The translations under genes and the position numbers were made by a program. The notes under the pieces were generated by a model. It was not told the DNA's origin and did no database searches. It saw only the letters and a program-made list of their open reading frames with translations. A stretch of 64,000 nt of DNA from Vicugna vicugna (lineage: Eukaryota): positions 496,001-560,000 of the forward strand of contig MU058444.1 in NCBI GenBank assembly GCA_013265495.1, given 5' to 3'. Each line of letters opens with the position of its first letter. The stretch's first letter is position 1. Shown here piece after piece: positions 27,901 to 41,479 of the stretch.

Positions 27901-28393
27901 GTGAGCGCCCTGTACAGAGCTCCCAGAAATAAAACATTGCAGGTCCGAAAAAGGAGCATGAAAAGTCCATGGCAATAAGGGCAAAGTCAGAGCGGGGCAC
28001 ACCCAGCATACAGCGTTTAGGGGAATATGGTTGTGGCGACTGCTGCCGACAAACAAAACAAATAAGGCTACAGAGTGTTTATTAGATCTGACTTGTGCAT
28101 TTTGAAACTGTATTGCTATTGCTTATGTGTTGATGTTCATTCTTGTCTTTTTGATTTTTATAGCCTTTACTAGCATATGTAGTCCTTTTGAACCAAAAGT
28201 TGTTTTTTTTTAAAGTCTAGTATGAAAATAGTGACCTTATATAGGTAATATAAATGTAATTTTTATTCATGTTTTCCTAGATAGAACTTTTATTACTTTT
28301 TCTATTACTTTTAAAAATTATTTTCTATCACTTAAAAATCCTTTTTACATTCTTATCTTATTTTCTTCAAGACAACATATTTTTGGATATCAC

Positions 28394-28515
28394 TTTTTTT
28401 TTTGTTTTAGGGGGAGGTAATTATGTTTATTTATTTTCATTAGTGGGGATACTAGGGATTGACCCCAGGACCTCATGCATGCTAAGCACATGCTCTATCA
28501 CTGAGCTACCCCCCG
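28394..28515 (-). mobile_element. tRNA-derived SINE, camelid Vic-1-like
   Basis: Reverse complement reads gggggg-tagctcagtgatagagcatgtgcttagcatgcatgaggtcctggggtcaatccctagtatcc (A and B boxes), followed by the aaacataattacctcccc segment and an A tail. TSD-like tatca(c/t)ttttt flanks. Confidence 0.85.
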
Positions 28516-28849
28516 CACCCCACCAGGTATCATTTTTATACTTAATCTGGAATTCTGTTTATCTGGGACCTTAAGCCATTCACAATAATTTTGATTCTTA
28601 TATCAGGACTAATTTCTGCTATCTTATTTTATATTTTCCATTTAATTTTTTTTCCTTTTGGCTTTCCTACTTTCCTTTGGATATTTTGACATTTACTGGT
28701 TTGGAAATTTTAAAAATTTAGAAAATTTTACTTTGCATCTTTGTGACTTTTCCTAGCTACACATAAATTATTAAAGAAAATAATTATGCTTATTTTTCTA
28801 TCATTTTTAAAGTTTACAAATCTCTTTTTCCAAAGGTAAGTATCATAGG

Positions 28850-29610
28850 ACTTTTCACTTTCCATTTGTTTTTAATAAAGTTATATGTAAAATATTGGCT
28901 ATATTCCCCGGATTGTGCAATACATCCTTGAGCCTGTCTTACACCCAGTAGTTTGTACCTCCCACTCCCCCACCCCTGCATTGCACCTTCTCCCCTCTCC
29001 CCACTGGTAACCACTAGCTTGTTCTGTATACCTGTGAGTTGGCTTATTTTTTCTTATATTTAGTATTTCTTATATTTGTTGTATTTTTTTAGATTCCACA
29101 TATAATTGACATCATACAGTAATTCTGTCTGACTTACTTCACTTAGCATAATGCCCTCCAAGTCCATCCATGTTGCTGCAAATGGCAAAATTTTGTTCTT
29201 TTTAACAGCTCTTTTTTTCGGATGTATACTCAGGAGTGGAATTGCTGGGTCATGTGGTAGTTCTGTTTTTAATTTTTTGATAAACCTCCATACTGTTTTC
29301 CATAGTGACCGCGCCAATTTACATTTCTCCACATCCTTGCCAACATTTGTTATTTGTGGGTTTTTTTTTTTTTTTTGATGATAGCCATTCTGACAGGCGT
29401 GAGGTGATATTTCAATGTGGTTTCCATTTGCATTTCTCTTGATAATTAATGATGTTGAGCATCTTTTCATGTCTCTATTGGCCATCTGCATTTCCCCTAT
29501 AGGAAAATGTCTATTCAGTTCTTCTGCCCATTTTAAAATCAGATTATGTTTTTGATGTTGAATTGTATGAACTATTTACATATGTTGGATATTAATCCTG
29601 ATGGTATCTT
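28850..29610 (-). mobile_element. 5'-truncated L1 (ORF2 C-terminus plus 3'UTR) with internal deletions
   Basis: ORF 29060..29491 (LWKTVWRF...[21 protein letters not shown]) with L1 3'UTR motifs. Confidence 0.9.
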
Positions 29611-30369
29611 CTCATAGGAAATTCAGAATTCATTGTGAGTAAATATGTAAATAATTACTAACAGAGATACTAAGAACATTTGTAAATGAGACTTTATGTG
29701 GCACATGCTTTCATTTATCTTGGCTAAATACCCAGGAGTGGAATGGCTGACCCAGTTTTTTACACTATTTACATTTTTCAGATGCCTTATTATTTTTTCA
29801 TGAGATCCACTATGTGTTACCTGCCACCTCCCCCCACCCTCACTCTGATGACACTGTCCCACACCTTTGCCTCCCTGTACCTCTGTGTATGGCACTCCAC
29901 ACCCCTCTTTTCCAATAGCTGTCTCATTGCCATCACTGAGGAATGAATCAGGAGAGGGACTCATCAGAAACTGACCAGTTGTCCAAACCTATAATTAACT
30001 ATTCTCTTCTCCCCAGCCAATCTGAAGGGCCACCTTTGTATCATCTGCATAGATTCTTCTTTGCACCATCCTTACGTTATCTGTTTGCTCTTTATCTGTG
30101 GCTTTGAAAAGTACCGTGAGATGAGAAGGCGGAGGCAGAGTATGTAAAACAAAGAAACAAACAAAAACAGCTACTTTGAAATGTTGGGCTCTGAAAGGAA
30201 GAAGGAAGTTGGGCCAGTAGTTGGGTCAAGGGAGAATTTTTTTGGTCTGCTTTTTAAAGCTGAAAATACCAAGGACAAGTTGGTGTGCTAGTGGGGCTGA
30301 GTCAGTAGAGAGCCCTCTCCATTACTAGAAGGTCAGTCCTGATCTGAGCTGACGTATTAACCAAATGGA

Positions 30370-32436
30370 TGACAGTTGATCACGCCCTCCTCTTTGTAAA
30401 CATTCCTCTGGTTTCTTCCAGGACACCAGGCTCTCTCAGGTTTTCTCCTACTTCACTTGCCATTATTATTTTTCAGTCTCCTTTGCAGGTTTATCCTCTT
30501 TCCCCCAAACGATTAATGTGGGAGTGCTCTAGGGCTCAGTCCCCGGACCCCTCATTCCTCTCCATATTCATTCCCTTGGTATTCTCGCCAAGTGACATAT
30601 TTTGAAAACCAGGTATATACTGACAGCTCTGTGATTCTCTAGTCCAGAACTCTCTCCCAGGCTCCACTCTCCCAATTTCAATTTCTACTAAATACATTAA
30701 AAATGAAACCTAGATTTCTTCCCATGAAAACTATTCCATACCCCGCCTTCTCATCTCCCTTGACAAGAATTGCAGTCTTTCATTTGCTCACGTCCAGGAA
30801 CTTGGGTGTCCTGTTGTATTCCTCTCTTTTTCTCGTGTTTCTCTTCTTGTTGCTGTAGATCCTAATATTTGTAGACACTGATTATTTCATTCCTTCTGTA
30901 CATCTGAGCCACCATCGTGCTTCTCTGGATCGTACAGTGGCCATGTCACTACACCTTTGCGTCACGATGATCCATTCTGAACACAGCAAGCAGAGAGATC
31001 CTTTTAAAGTGTAAGCATACACATTACACCAGAACATAAGCCAGAGTCCTTACGAGCTCCTGGAAGGGCCTCCAGGATCCGGCCTCCCGACACTTCCATG
31101 GGCTGCTCCCCGTCTCCCCTCTTCTCTTCCCACTCCAGCCCCGCTCACCTCTCTGCTGTGCCTTGATCAACGCCTGTCCTGCATGCTCCTGCCATGGCAC
31201 GTTTAGATCTTTTTCAACTCAGTTATATTACTTCCTATAGTTTCTAGTTTCCTGTAAAAACGTGCAAGTTTAACTTCTATCTCAAAACACATGGTTAAGT
31301 GTGGTTGTTTTTCAGTCAGGCTCTAAGAAAACAAATTTCTCTATGGTTTCTTTTTTCAGTTATTCATTATTTTTGCTCATTCTCCCTCACATTGTCTTAC
31401 CTCTTTGTGTATCTGAATCTGTGTGTTGGGTCTTCTACTTGCAAACCTCATTTATAGAAATTATTTGAGGCCTCAGAGGATTTGATCTTCCTCTGGATTC
31501 TTTGCTTCTGTCACACACCAGGAGAACTAGCAAAGAAAGATGACTTCATTTAATTTAAGGTCTGGAGATTTTTTTTTTTAAACGATCATTTTCAATGATT
31601 TTAGGCCAGGCTAAAGACCATGCGAGGTCCTGTAGATCAGTCTTCCTTCTGGGGCTCAATCTATTCTTGGCAGATCCTGGGCTCTGACTTTTATCTCCCT
31701 ACATCTCTGAGACTGTCAGAAGTTTGAATCAGCTTCTTAAGTAATTCATCATTAATTGCAAACATCCCTAGGTCAAAAGCACGTCTCCAATGCTTGACTC
31801 CTTTCTTTGGATTTTTTATCTTCTCTTGATCTTGCCCCCAAATTCTTCACTCTCCAATTAGCTCATCAGAGTTTTCAGTGAAATAGTATCTCCACAGTGT
31901 TTTCAATAGTTTGAGGAACTTTTCAGTTGTCTGTTACGGAAGGACTGCATTGAGTTCTCGAGCTGTCATTCTCAGAGGTGGACGTCTAGTGTAAGAAGCT
32001 GGCCTTGTTGCATCCTGTTGGAATGGTCTTCACCCAGATATCTGCACAGCCATCTCCCTCACTTCCTCCATATCTTTGCTCAAATGTCACCTGCTACAAA
32101 TTGACCATCCTATTTGGTCAATTTAGGATCGTGACCTCCTGAACATCTGGGTGATCCAAAAAATAGGATGTTTAACAGAAGCAAAGAAGATTTCCTCTGG
32201 AAGCCCATACTACCTGAGGCTTCAAATGATTTCCACTCTTCTTTTTCAGGGCATTATTACCTTCTAACATCTGATGTAATTTACTTGCTATTTTATTGTT
32301 TATTTTCTTTCCTACTGGAATGTAAGTTCCCCAAGGGAAGGGCATCTCTGTTTCTTTTATTCACTATTTAAGTCTGAAGAACAGTTCCCGGGACACAGTA
32401 GATACACAACAAGTATTTGTTGAATAGATGAATGAA
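30370..32436 (+). mobile_element. L2 body (30370-31200) and 3' end (32020-32436), split by an older L1-like insert
   Basis: gacagttgatcacgccctcctctttgtaaac...ggctcagtccccggacccctc; the element ends ggacacagtagatacacaacaagtatttgttgaatagatgaatgaa. Confidence 0.65.
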
Positions 32437-33325
32437 CCAAATAGCCATCTTGTCTCAGAAAGTGGGAGAGTGGGCCCCCAAGAGAAAGCCTGGGGCGCTA
32501 TTAGTGTTAAATACCCATCTGCACTTGTCAATTGTTAATTTACAATGAAATCAGTTAGCTTGGTTGAAAGAGTTCCCCCAGCCATGTTCTATATCTCAAG
32601 TACCTACTTAAAGGAAACAGATGATACAGTCCATCCAGGCTTTTGTTGTTATTGCTGTTGTTAGTTTTTGTGAGTTTGTCACAAGGAGAGAAGGAAGCAA
32701 GACAAATTAAGATGTTAAAGTGGCTGAGGATCGGAAATATATGTAAGCAAGGAGGCAACAGAGCCAGAATGGCTGGGAGGCCTCATTGCTTTCGAAGTCT
32801 CCATGAATGAGGCTGAAGAAATGTTGGGATGTTTGAGAAACGAAGACAGTAGAGAGGAGGTGGAGTTCTGACAGGAGGACGTTAGAAATGAAATGAAATT
32901 TCAGAGGTTTTTCATTTTATTGGTGAAGGCAACATCCAGGAATGGTCCAGTGGATAACTGAAATAGAGCAGACGGGAGCATCTTTGGAGTTGAGAAGCTC
33001 AAAGAGTTGAGAGGGTAGAGACTTCTGCGTGAAATTTCGAACCAGCCAAAAATTACAGAGGGAACCATTATGATCCACGAGTGAACATTATCAACAAAGA
33101 AGATGAAATTCACTAGAAAGCTGATACGTAACAGCTAAGAAAAGAATAATAAAGTGACAGTGTTTAATGAAAAATTTTCAAAGGAACAGGGGGTTTTGTC
33201 TAGAAAAGAGGGAATAATTTAAAGTCTTAATGGGAAAGAAAAGGTCAACCATTAATCCCAGAAGCTGAATCTTTTAGTATTTTCTTGGTTGCTTCAGTAG
33301 CATAATTGTTTTTATTTTCATACAG

Positions 33326-33370
33326 ATGCCTACAACTCTTCCAAGAGCAGCTGGTCGAGAAACCAAATAT
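33326..33370 (+). CDS. MLIP: MLIP coding exon (45 nt, phase 0/0): MPTTLPRAAGRETKY
   Basis: Acceptor ttttcatacag| and consensus donor |gtaagt. Contains the MLIP motif PTTLPRAAGRETKY. Confidence 0.93.
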
Positions 33371-34364
33371 GTAAGTTCCTTCACAATTATCCATACTGCT
33401 TTTTCAGTGGGAGTGTGTGTGTGTGTTTTGGTGGCAACTCAATTATACAGTCATTGAAGTTGAATTAGTTGCATTTTTCGTAAATGGAAAGGGTAGGATG
33501 GTATGATTGGAAAATCAGGTTACGTTAGTTAAGTTTATTGAATAAATTCTTCTTCTTCTTGAGGGAGGTCTCCTTTAATTAGTTTGACTAAATAAAACAG
33601 AACTCCAGCATCCCGCTTCCTGTCTTTCTAATTGTCAAGGCTTAGGTGACAGTTTCATGTTTGTGGTGGTTTATTGTGCTTATTAAGAAAGAGTCACCTC
33701 ATACACTTGAAATGTTACGATTGGCCCATTTCCAAGAAGATTGCCAATTTAGTTGATTTTGACTGGTTTGTTGCTTTCTTGCATTTAAATTGTATCAAAT
33801 AAATCAATTTCCACCTACAAGCAAAAATGTATTAATAATGGGAGACTCACACACTTGATTCCATTAATTATGGGGAGCTATCTCCGAATATTCTAGACCC
33901 CACCCCTTTCCTACTCATTATTCACCAATAATCCATCATGCGGCCAACTTCTGCTTCCCACCAAACATATTCTGGTATAAACAAGATTGTCTCCTAAGCA
34001 AGTATTTAGTTTTTAGTTTAAAACAAAGCAATAAACTCTTCTTTTCAGCTTATACTTTACATGTTCTATTATGTAGTCTTCATCCTCATCCTCCAAAATA
34101 AATCAGTAAATGTATATCTTGTGACATATCTTCTGTGAAATTTAAACATTTCTGCCTTCCTGTGAACCTCCCTAAGGCAAATAATAAATTGGGTGCAATT
34201 ACTGAACTTCCATCACGTTTGGGAAATGATGTTCAGAGGGTATGGAAGGGAGCACTGCTTAGAACATTTTCTAGACGCTTTCGCTGGTATTTGCTGTTAT
34301 TCTCAGAAATCATTTGGAGCAATACTTAAAAGTGTGGAGGCATTTGGTAGGCTGCACCCAAATT

Positions 34365-34545
34365 TTAATCACAGTCTTGCTGCTTGCTAACAGATCCCGG
34401 AAAATCACTTAACCTCTCTGTGTCCTAGTTTTTTTCATCTCAGAAAACTGGGAAACTAATATTTGGTCGATGTAAGATTTATCGTGGCTGATGTATGAAA
34501 AGCCCTGAGTGCAGTCCTGACACACAGAAATGACTCAGGGAATAA
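34365..34545 (+). mobile_element. MIR
   Basis: aaatcacttaacctctctgtgtcctagttttttcatctcagaaaactggg core. Confidence 0.6.
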
Positions 34546-35122
34546 TGGTTCTCCCCTTTTTTCTTCTTTTATTTTTCCCTTCATCCAAGTCTCCCCCCTT
34601 TACTCCTCCTCCTTGTCTCGGGTAGACTAGAAGTGCCATGATTTAGCTGAATTCCTTGAGTCTTCAGTTGGGTACAAGGAAAGAAAGCCCCTAAAGATGT
34701 TTCTCTGCTTTTGGTGACTAAGACCTTTTATGAAAACCAAACACCAGAAAAATTAGCTAGAATATTTTGTTCTCTCACCTTCCGTTCTCATCTACTCCTA
34801 CTTTGCACGCAAGTGCCTCTGATTTAGATTCATTTACAGTAAGACACAGAGAGCTGGTACCTTCTCCCTCTCCTCCTGGGGGTGGTGAATTTGTTAGCAA
34901 TTGAAATACGTCTGGAGGGGGCTAGGCTGCTTCAGTCTCCAAAGGGAGAGGTTATTTCAAGTTATTCTTCTGTCAGTTACCAGACTTAATTGGGCTTAAT
35001 ATTTGCCCCAAACTTGGTGAGAGCATTGAGTCTTTCAAAGTTAACACTGAATCATCACATAAGTTTAATACGGACTAGAACAAATATAAACTGATTCAGA
35101 TAAGATTCAAATTTGGTTTCTT

Positions 35123-35230
35123 TTTAAAAAAATTTTTGTAAGTTGATTTTAAATAGAGGTACTGGGGATTGAACCCGGGTCCTCATGCATGTTAGGCATG
35201 CGTTCTGCCACTGAGCTATACCCTCCCCAC
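35123..35230 (-). mobile_element. tRNA-derived SINE, camelid Vic-1-like (short form)
   Basis: Reverse complement ggggagggtatagctcagtggcagaacgcatgcctaacatgcatgaggacccgggttcaatccccagtacctc. TSD caaatttgg(t/c)ttctt at 35108-35122 and 35231-35245. Confidence 0.88.
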
Positions 35231-36317
35231 CAAATTTGGCTTCTTGAGTGAGAAGCTTTGTGGTTTACTTTCTCTTACCTCATGACATTTGAATGGCTCT
35301 TTGTGACACTCCAAATGTGTCCACGTCTTGGGGAAGACTATAAGGGGTAATTTATGGTGAAATGTGAAAACTTTGGAGTCATCATTGGGAAGTCACATGT
35401 GTAAATATTTGACTGCAGTTATGACATTTACTAAGTGATATCTGACACATTTCTTTTGAGGAGAAAAAAATGAAATTTTGGAACAGAAGTCTACCTTAGC
35501 TATAAGCCTTGATCTCATGTGAAAAATCTATCTTAAATACAACATGTTTTGATTTTTTTTTTTTTAAAAGAATGGGTCTGTCATATTTTCTTTTAGAGAT
35601 TCTAATATTTGTTTGGGCCAAGCTACAAGATGCCTCACATTAAGTGCGACTTGAAAAGCTTTCACTTAAGTAATGAATTCATCTCTTGCTACGGTTTTCT
35701 CCCTTCCTCTCCCATGGAAACCGAAAAGCAAAGCAAAGCTGAGAACCTACAGACTTTCACATTTCAGTATTCCACCGTCTCTCTTCGAGACTTTGAAGAA
35801 AAGAGGCGTTTTCCCAACATACACCTGCTGGGACTCCGCCTGTCATTGACTTTGTAGAGATTCTTAGGTTAGATTCAAAAGCTGGGATCACGCAGTTTAC
35901 TGACTTCCACACCACAGGGGATAAAAGGAAGACTTACACTGGAGCCGAGTTACACTCGAGGACAGCCTTAACTGATTGATACAGTCCACTCAAAATCCCG
36001 ATTTCTGGGGACTTTTTAAAAGTACAGTGTATAGTCTATGAATTGTGACTAGCAGAGACTGTAGTTGGTACTTCTAGCTCTCTTATTCAATTTTCCACTT
36101 TCTTCCACTGATTTGACTGGTCTGAGTTGTCTGCCACCTCCCGGGACTCACTGCGGCATGACTGGGGTGCGAGGGGTGAACAGATGATCAGGGTCCCCAT
36201 TGCCGAAGCACCCCAGGTGGGAGACAGTAAACAGGATGGTAACGAGCAAGATGCTTCCTGGCAGATGTTAGAGGAGAGCTAGCCAGAGGGCTGATTGACG
36301 TTAAAACACATTTGGAC

Positions 36318-36613
36318 AAATGAACTTAATTACAAAACAGAGACAGACTCACAGACGTGGAAAACAAGCTTATGGTTACTGGGGGCAAAGCGGGCTGAGG
36401 AGGGATAAATTTGGAGTTTAGGATTTGCAGATACACACTACTGTATATAAAATAGATAAACAACAAGGTCCTATAATATAGCACAGGGAACTATATTCAA
36501 TACCTTGTAATAACCTATAATGAAAGAGAATTTACATATATATGTATAACTGATCACTATGCTGTACACCAGAAACTAACACAACGTTGTAAATCAATTC
36601 CACTTCAATTAAA
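36318..36613 (+). mobile_element. L1 3'UTR fragment (cetartiodactyl type)
   Basis: gaacttaattacaaaacagagacagactcacagac...aaacaacaaggtcctata...gcacagggaactatattcaa...cacttcaattaaa, with acacattt repeated on both flanks. Confidence 0.85.
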
Positions 36614-37129
36614 CACACACACACACATTTACACAGTTGCTGATTTTCAGTGTATCAGTATGCCCAGTGGATTTCCAATTTTCCTGGGGTGACTATAATG
36701 GTTTGATTAAATCACAAGAAGTTATATGACTAATTTCTCTTTATGAGGCTTTGGGTGAAAGGCTGGTTTTCCTTTATTAAAAAAAAAAAAAGAAAAGAAA
36801 ACCAATGTAAAACAAGCAGTTCCCCTTTCTTAACGTTGACTGCAAACATTGTTACATTTCACATAGGCTGCCTGTTAGGGTGAGTCAGACAGAGTAAAAT
36901 GCCATCCTTTTAGACTGATTAAAAGTTATTCTCCAATTCATGGTGTACTTGAATTGCAGGTTATCTGAAAGTAATGTGATTGAGGTTCTCCTGAGCTTAA
37001 CAGAATTTAAACTAGGCTAACGGACGAGTCGAGTCGTTGTGGTCTCCGCCAGCCACTTGTGGGACTGGCTATATTAATGCATCTTTAGTATTTCACTTGA
37101 TTGTTTTCAACCGATGCCAAATGCAACAA

Positions 37130-37325
37130 TAATAATAACTAATGTTTTGAGCTCTTACCTGGGAAATGAGTTTTCACTATCTCATTTAACCTTATACCTA
37201 CCTGTCCTTTGAGGTGGGTATTGTTATTTCGAAATCTCCATTTTACAGAGGAGGAAAGCAAGCTTCAGAAGTCATAGAGGAGGCAGAATCCAGCCCAGGT
37301 CTTCATGACAAATCTCCTGCCATTT
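37130..37325 (-). mobile_element. MIR
   Basis: tatctcatttaacctt...gaggtgggtattgttatt...ccattttacagaggaggaaagcaagcttcagaag. Confidence 0.65.
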
Positions 37326-38385
37326 ACACTTGTGTGTCCCAAAAGAAGCTGTGAATCATTAGTCTTCCTTAAATATTTTATCCGTTAGTATTTATATTCT
37401 GAGTCTAAATTATTTCTTCATGCCCAATAACCTTCAGCCTAAACTTTGAATGAATCCTTTCGTATTTGGTGACAACGTCTAAAATGATCATGCTTATTAT
37501 ATTTCTAATGTTTTAAATTATTTCCTCACATGTAAATTAACTCATAATTTATCAGTTAATATATGAATGATTATTTCTCATGGCACTCATTTTTAGAGTT
37601 TTTTCCCCCTCTATGTAAAGAAATGGATTTTCTAATTAAATTTCTCATTCATTCTGTTTTCACTCTTTCATCTTTGGAGGGGAATATCATTTTTTTCCCC
37701 TTTGCATTGCACTTGTCTTTGTAAATATTTATTATTTTTCATTAGCTACTACTGGTATAAATTCATTTCACTCATGTAATTCAAAACCACAGTATGTTTG
37801 TTTAATAAAGAGTAACTTCAGAAAATTGGGCAAGTATTTGGACCTATGACTAATTTAGCAAAAAGCTCTCAGTTGAAATTACATTCTATTGATACCAACT
37901 TCTTCAATAAACTCTCTGCATTTTGTGAGTTATTTTTAAGTGCCAGATAAATGACAAAGACAGGCTTATTGAATAATATATAGCATACAGGTAAGATCTC
38001 ATTTTAATGAGTTTGAGGGACAGAAAAATGTCATCACAATGGAAGCATATTGCTTTCCAAATATCACAGTATATTAAAAAATGTGTCAAACTTTATTAAG
38101 AATCTTCCCCTCTCTATATACAGATATTCAAATAAAGGTCATCTCCAATTTAGCCAGCTCACACACTCCTCTCAGTGCGGTGCTTGGCAATGTTGCTGTG
38201 CTGAAGTGTTTCAGAGGCGACGTGACCTAACGTAGTCCCAGGTCCTGGGGTAAGAGGTGACAGATCCAATCCACTTACATCCAGATGTGGATCTGATCTG
38301 CTTCTGTAGCACTTGGCCAGAGAGCTGATGAGTTACGGGAAGAGCTGTAAACAATTTAAGCAAGCAATCCCACTCTGCAGATCAT

Positions 38386-38450
38386 TCCCCTTCCTTCCTC
38401 CCTTCCTTCTTTCCTCCCTTCCTTCCTCCCTCCTTCCCTCCCTCCCTTCC
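38386..38450. repeat. (TTCC/TCCC)n polypyrimidine repeat
   Basis: About 65 nt of pure pyrimidines. Confidence 0.9.
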
Positions 38451-39671
38451 TTTTTTCATTGTTCAGAAATATTTCCAAGGTACACGTGTGTGAGAGGGGA
38501 TGAGGAGAGAATGGAAGATAATGATATGGCCTGTGCTAAATGAGGAAGAAAAGATTTAATGAGACACCTTTGTGCTTTGTATCCCTCCCATCATCATTTT
38601 AGAACTTCATAAAACACGAAGGCTCCATATTTCAGCCAAACTTGCCCTTGATCTGATATTTTCTCTCTCATTTGCACATGTACACTGGGGCTGTCACCAG
38701 TCACCATGCCCACTTATTCTGCCCACCAGTTATGTTCATAACAACGTGGAGTCATCATTCCCTAGCTTACAGACTCAAACTTCTTAAATCCTTTCTAATT
38801 TACTTTTTATATGTAGCTCTTTTGGGGATCTATTACTAACTTATAAAATGACTTTTCCTGAGATATTCATACAGGGTAAGGTGTACAGATGGTTAGAGTA
38901 AACAGTGTGAAACAAGAAGATACGATGCCTCATAATATAGGTCTCTGGCCTTGGTACCTAACATGCTTACCATTGGATTCAGTCTTTGGAGTAGTAACTT
39001 ATGTACAAATAACAGGAACACGCTCTAGCTTAAGGGTAAGACAGTGTCTTACCATTTTATAATTTTATATTTCCTCAATGCCAAGTTTATCACTCAGGGA
39101 TTCTTAGAGGCTCCGTTACTATTTTAAGTTTTGTCTTTTTGCCTTGGTCTTGTCTGGGAAAATGAAAATAATTCAGTTAACACACTATCACTAATTCCAG
39201 TTCTTCGAGCCTTGAGAAAAGGAAACTCCAGGACAATTACCGTCAACAGAGAAAAGGTCAAAGAGAAACAGTTTAATAACATTGAATTAGATGCTGTATT
39301 CGGGTGGGAGGGACGTGACTGCAGAAGGCAAGCAACCGTTCAGCACTTTTCACCTGCTGCAATTTGATTTTGTCCCAGTCCCCCAAAAGGGTGTCTGCTA
39401 GTGTGATGCCAGACATCCATGAATCAAGAGTGGGGAGAGGCTGCAGACTGCAAGGGAAAGCAACCCTAGACAGTGACTAAGGAGCTTGGTTGTACTTTAT
39501 GTGCCTCTGGCATGAGGCCTTTGGAAGAGGAAAATGCTTTCTCCAAAGCTGACCTGGCAGGAGGGGTGGACTTTTGTAGCAATTTATTTTCCAGTGGATT
39601 TCAAATCCTCTTTTTTCCCTTAGTCTTAACTCTTTTAATCTCCATATAACCTACCTCTTTAATAGATTTCC

Positions 39672-40060
39672 TTATAAACAACAAGGTCCTACTGTTTAGC
39701 ACAGGGAACTATATTCAATGTCTTGTAATAACCTAAATGATAAAGAATATGTATTTATGTATAACTGAATCACTCTACTGTACACTGGAACCTAACACAA
39801 CATTGTAAATCAACTAGACTTCATTTAAAAAAAAAGAAATATCACTTATCTGTAGAATCTAAAAAATACAACAAACTAGTGAATATAACAAAAAAGAAAC
39901 AGATTCACGGATAGTGATTACCTGTGGGGAGAGGGAAAAAGGGGAGGGGAAATATATGGGTAGGAGTTAAAGAGACATAAACTATTAGGTATAAAATAAG
40001 CTCCAAGAATATATCATACAACATGGAGAATATAGCCAAGATTTTGCAATAAGTATAAAT
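39672..40060 (+). mobile_element. Two adjacent L1 3'UTR fragments of different subfamilies
   Basis: 39672-39836 reads ataaacaacaaggtcctactg...A tail. 39840-40060 reads atcacttatctgtagaatctaaaaaatacaacaaactagtgaatataac..., the same family as the 28.9-kb element. Confidence 0.8.
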
Positions 40061-41479
40061 GGATTCCTTATGATAGTTTGGTATTATTTAGCACATTGTA
40101 CTAATAAATATTAGTCATATATATGAACTGTGCAAATACTTTATTTTTAACGTGTGACCTCTTTTTCCTATAATTATTGAGATAAAAAGTTAACTGTGCT
40201 TTGTTCCAGTCAAGATACATTTGTCAGCATATTTCTTAGAAGCCATTTAACTTAGGGAATTCATAGAGAATTCTCTCATTATGGCAACAATGAAGAATCA
40301 ACTAAAGGGAAAAAAAACCTCGAGGTTTTAGAAGAAATAATTATTATTCATATTGCATTATAAGGTTAAAAATGAAACCTACTGGAAAAACACTGTAATG
40401 GACATTCTGAAAGACAATTTTCTGCAGCACAGAATAGCATAAACCTTGGTGGACACTCAGCTGGTCCACAGCAATCAGAGATGGGGTGCAGTTAGCCAGG
40501 ATAGCCCACTGCCTTAGAGCAACCAAGAATGGCAGTGAGCAGTGACTGTCCTGGTGAAGAATGGCATGAGTCAAAAATCAGAAACAAGCAATGTTGGACA
40601 CCATGTGAGAAGGACCGCAGGTGCCTCCTCGTCATGTTGGGTGATTTGCACTCCTACGTACTCGGCGATACCCCAGGAACCACTAAGCTTTCAGTTTTCA
40701 GTTATCATTCGTCTCTCAGAGAGTAAAAGCAATGTTGACACATCTGTAATAAACTCTGAAAGTATTTGCAATTTCAAAAAGAACGGAAATATTTTAGAAA
40801 CACAACTTTATCATGTTTTAGTCAAAGATATATATAACTGTGCATCTGTATGTTGACCACTTCCCAACAATGTTGAAGGCTGAGCTGATGTGGAAGCTAA
40901 GTCTTCCACTGAAATGCAGAAATGCTTGATAAAACATAACTGTTAAAAAAATACATATATATATATATATGCACACATAACTCAACCTACAAGAAAAAGG
41001 AGCAACTCTGAGCTCCAGAAATGACAAGGGAGCTCCAAGTAGGGGTGTTAAGAAGAAGCTTAAGCTCTAGTAGAACCCAGGTATGTCAGAGCCCAGATGC
41101 TCGGAGCCAGGAGCCTGGAGTTTACCTTCTACTGTATAATGAGTCTTGAGACCTATGAATGAATCCTCTGTGTACATCCAGGAGCCTAGAATTCCACAGT
41201 GGCCATGAAGCATGGGATGCAAGAAAGAGAAATCCTTCTGCCATCTTTACCGTGCACTCTTGGGTGATAACATAGTCCTCCACGAGAAAATGAGTCCTAA
41301 ACCTGTGAACCTGAAGATATGAGGACCTGCCACCCTTTAAGTTCAAGAATATAAAGGTAATGAAATAACATGAAAACTGGTCCAGAATCAGTGGAACTCC
41401 TGGGACCCCCAACAAGGGCAAATGTGAAAGGTACTGCAGGCATGGTTCCCCAGCCCAGGCTTCTCAGATACTTACAGAC

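Noticed and set aside
38261..38300. Imperfect hairpin cagatccaatccac...gtggatctgatctg
   Set aside because: The stem is too short for a pre-miRNA and there is no other support.
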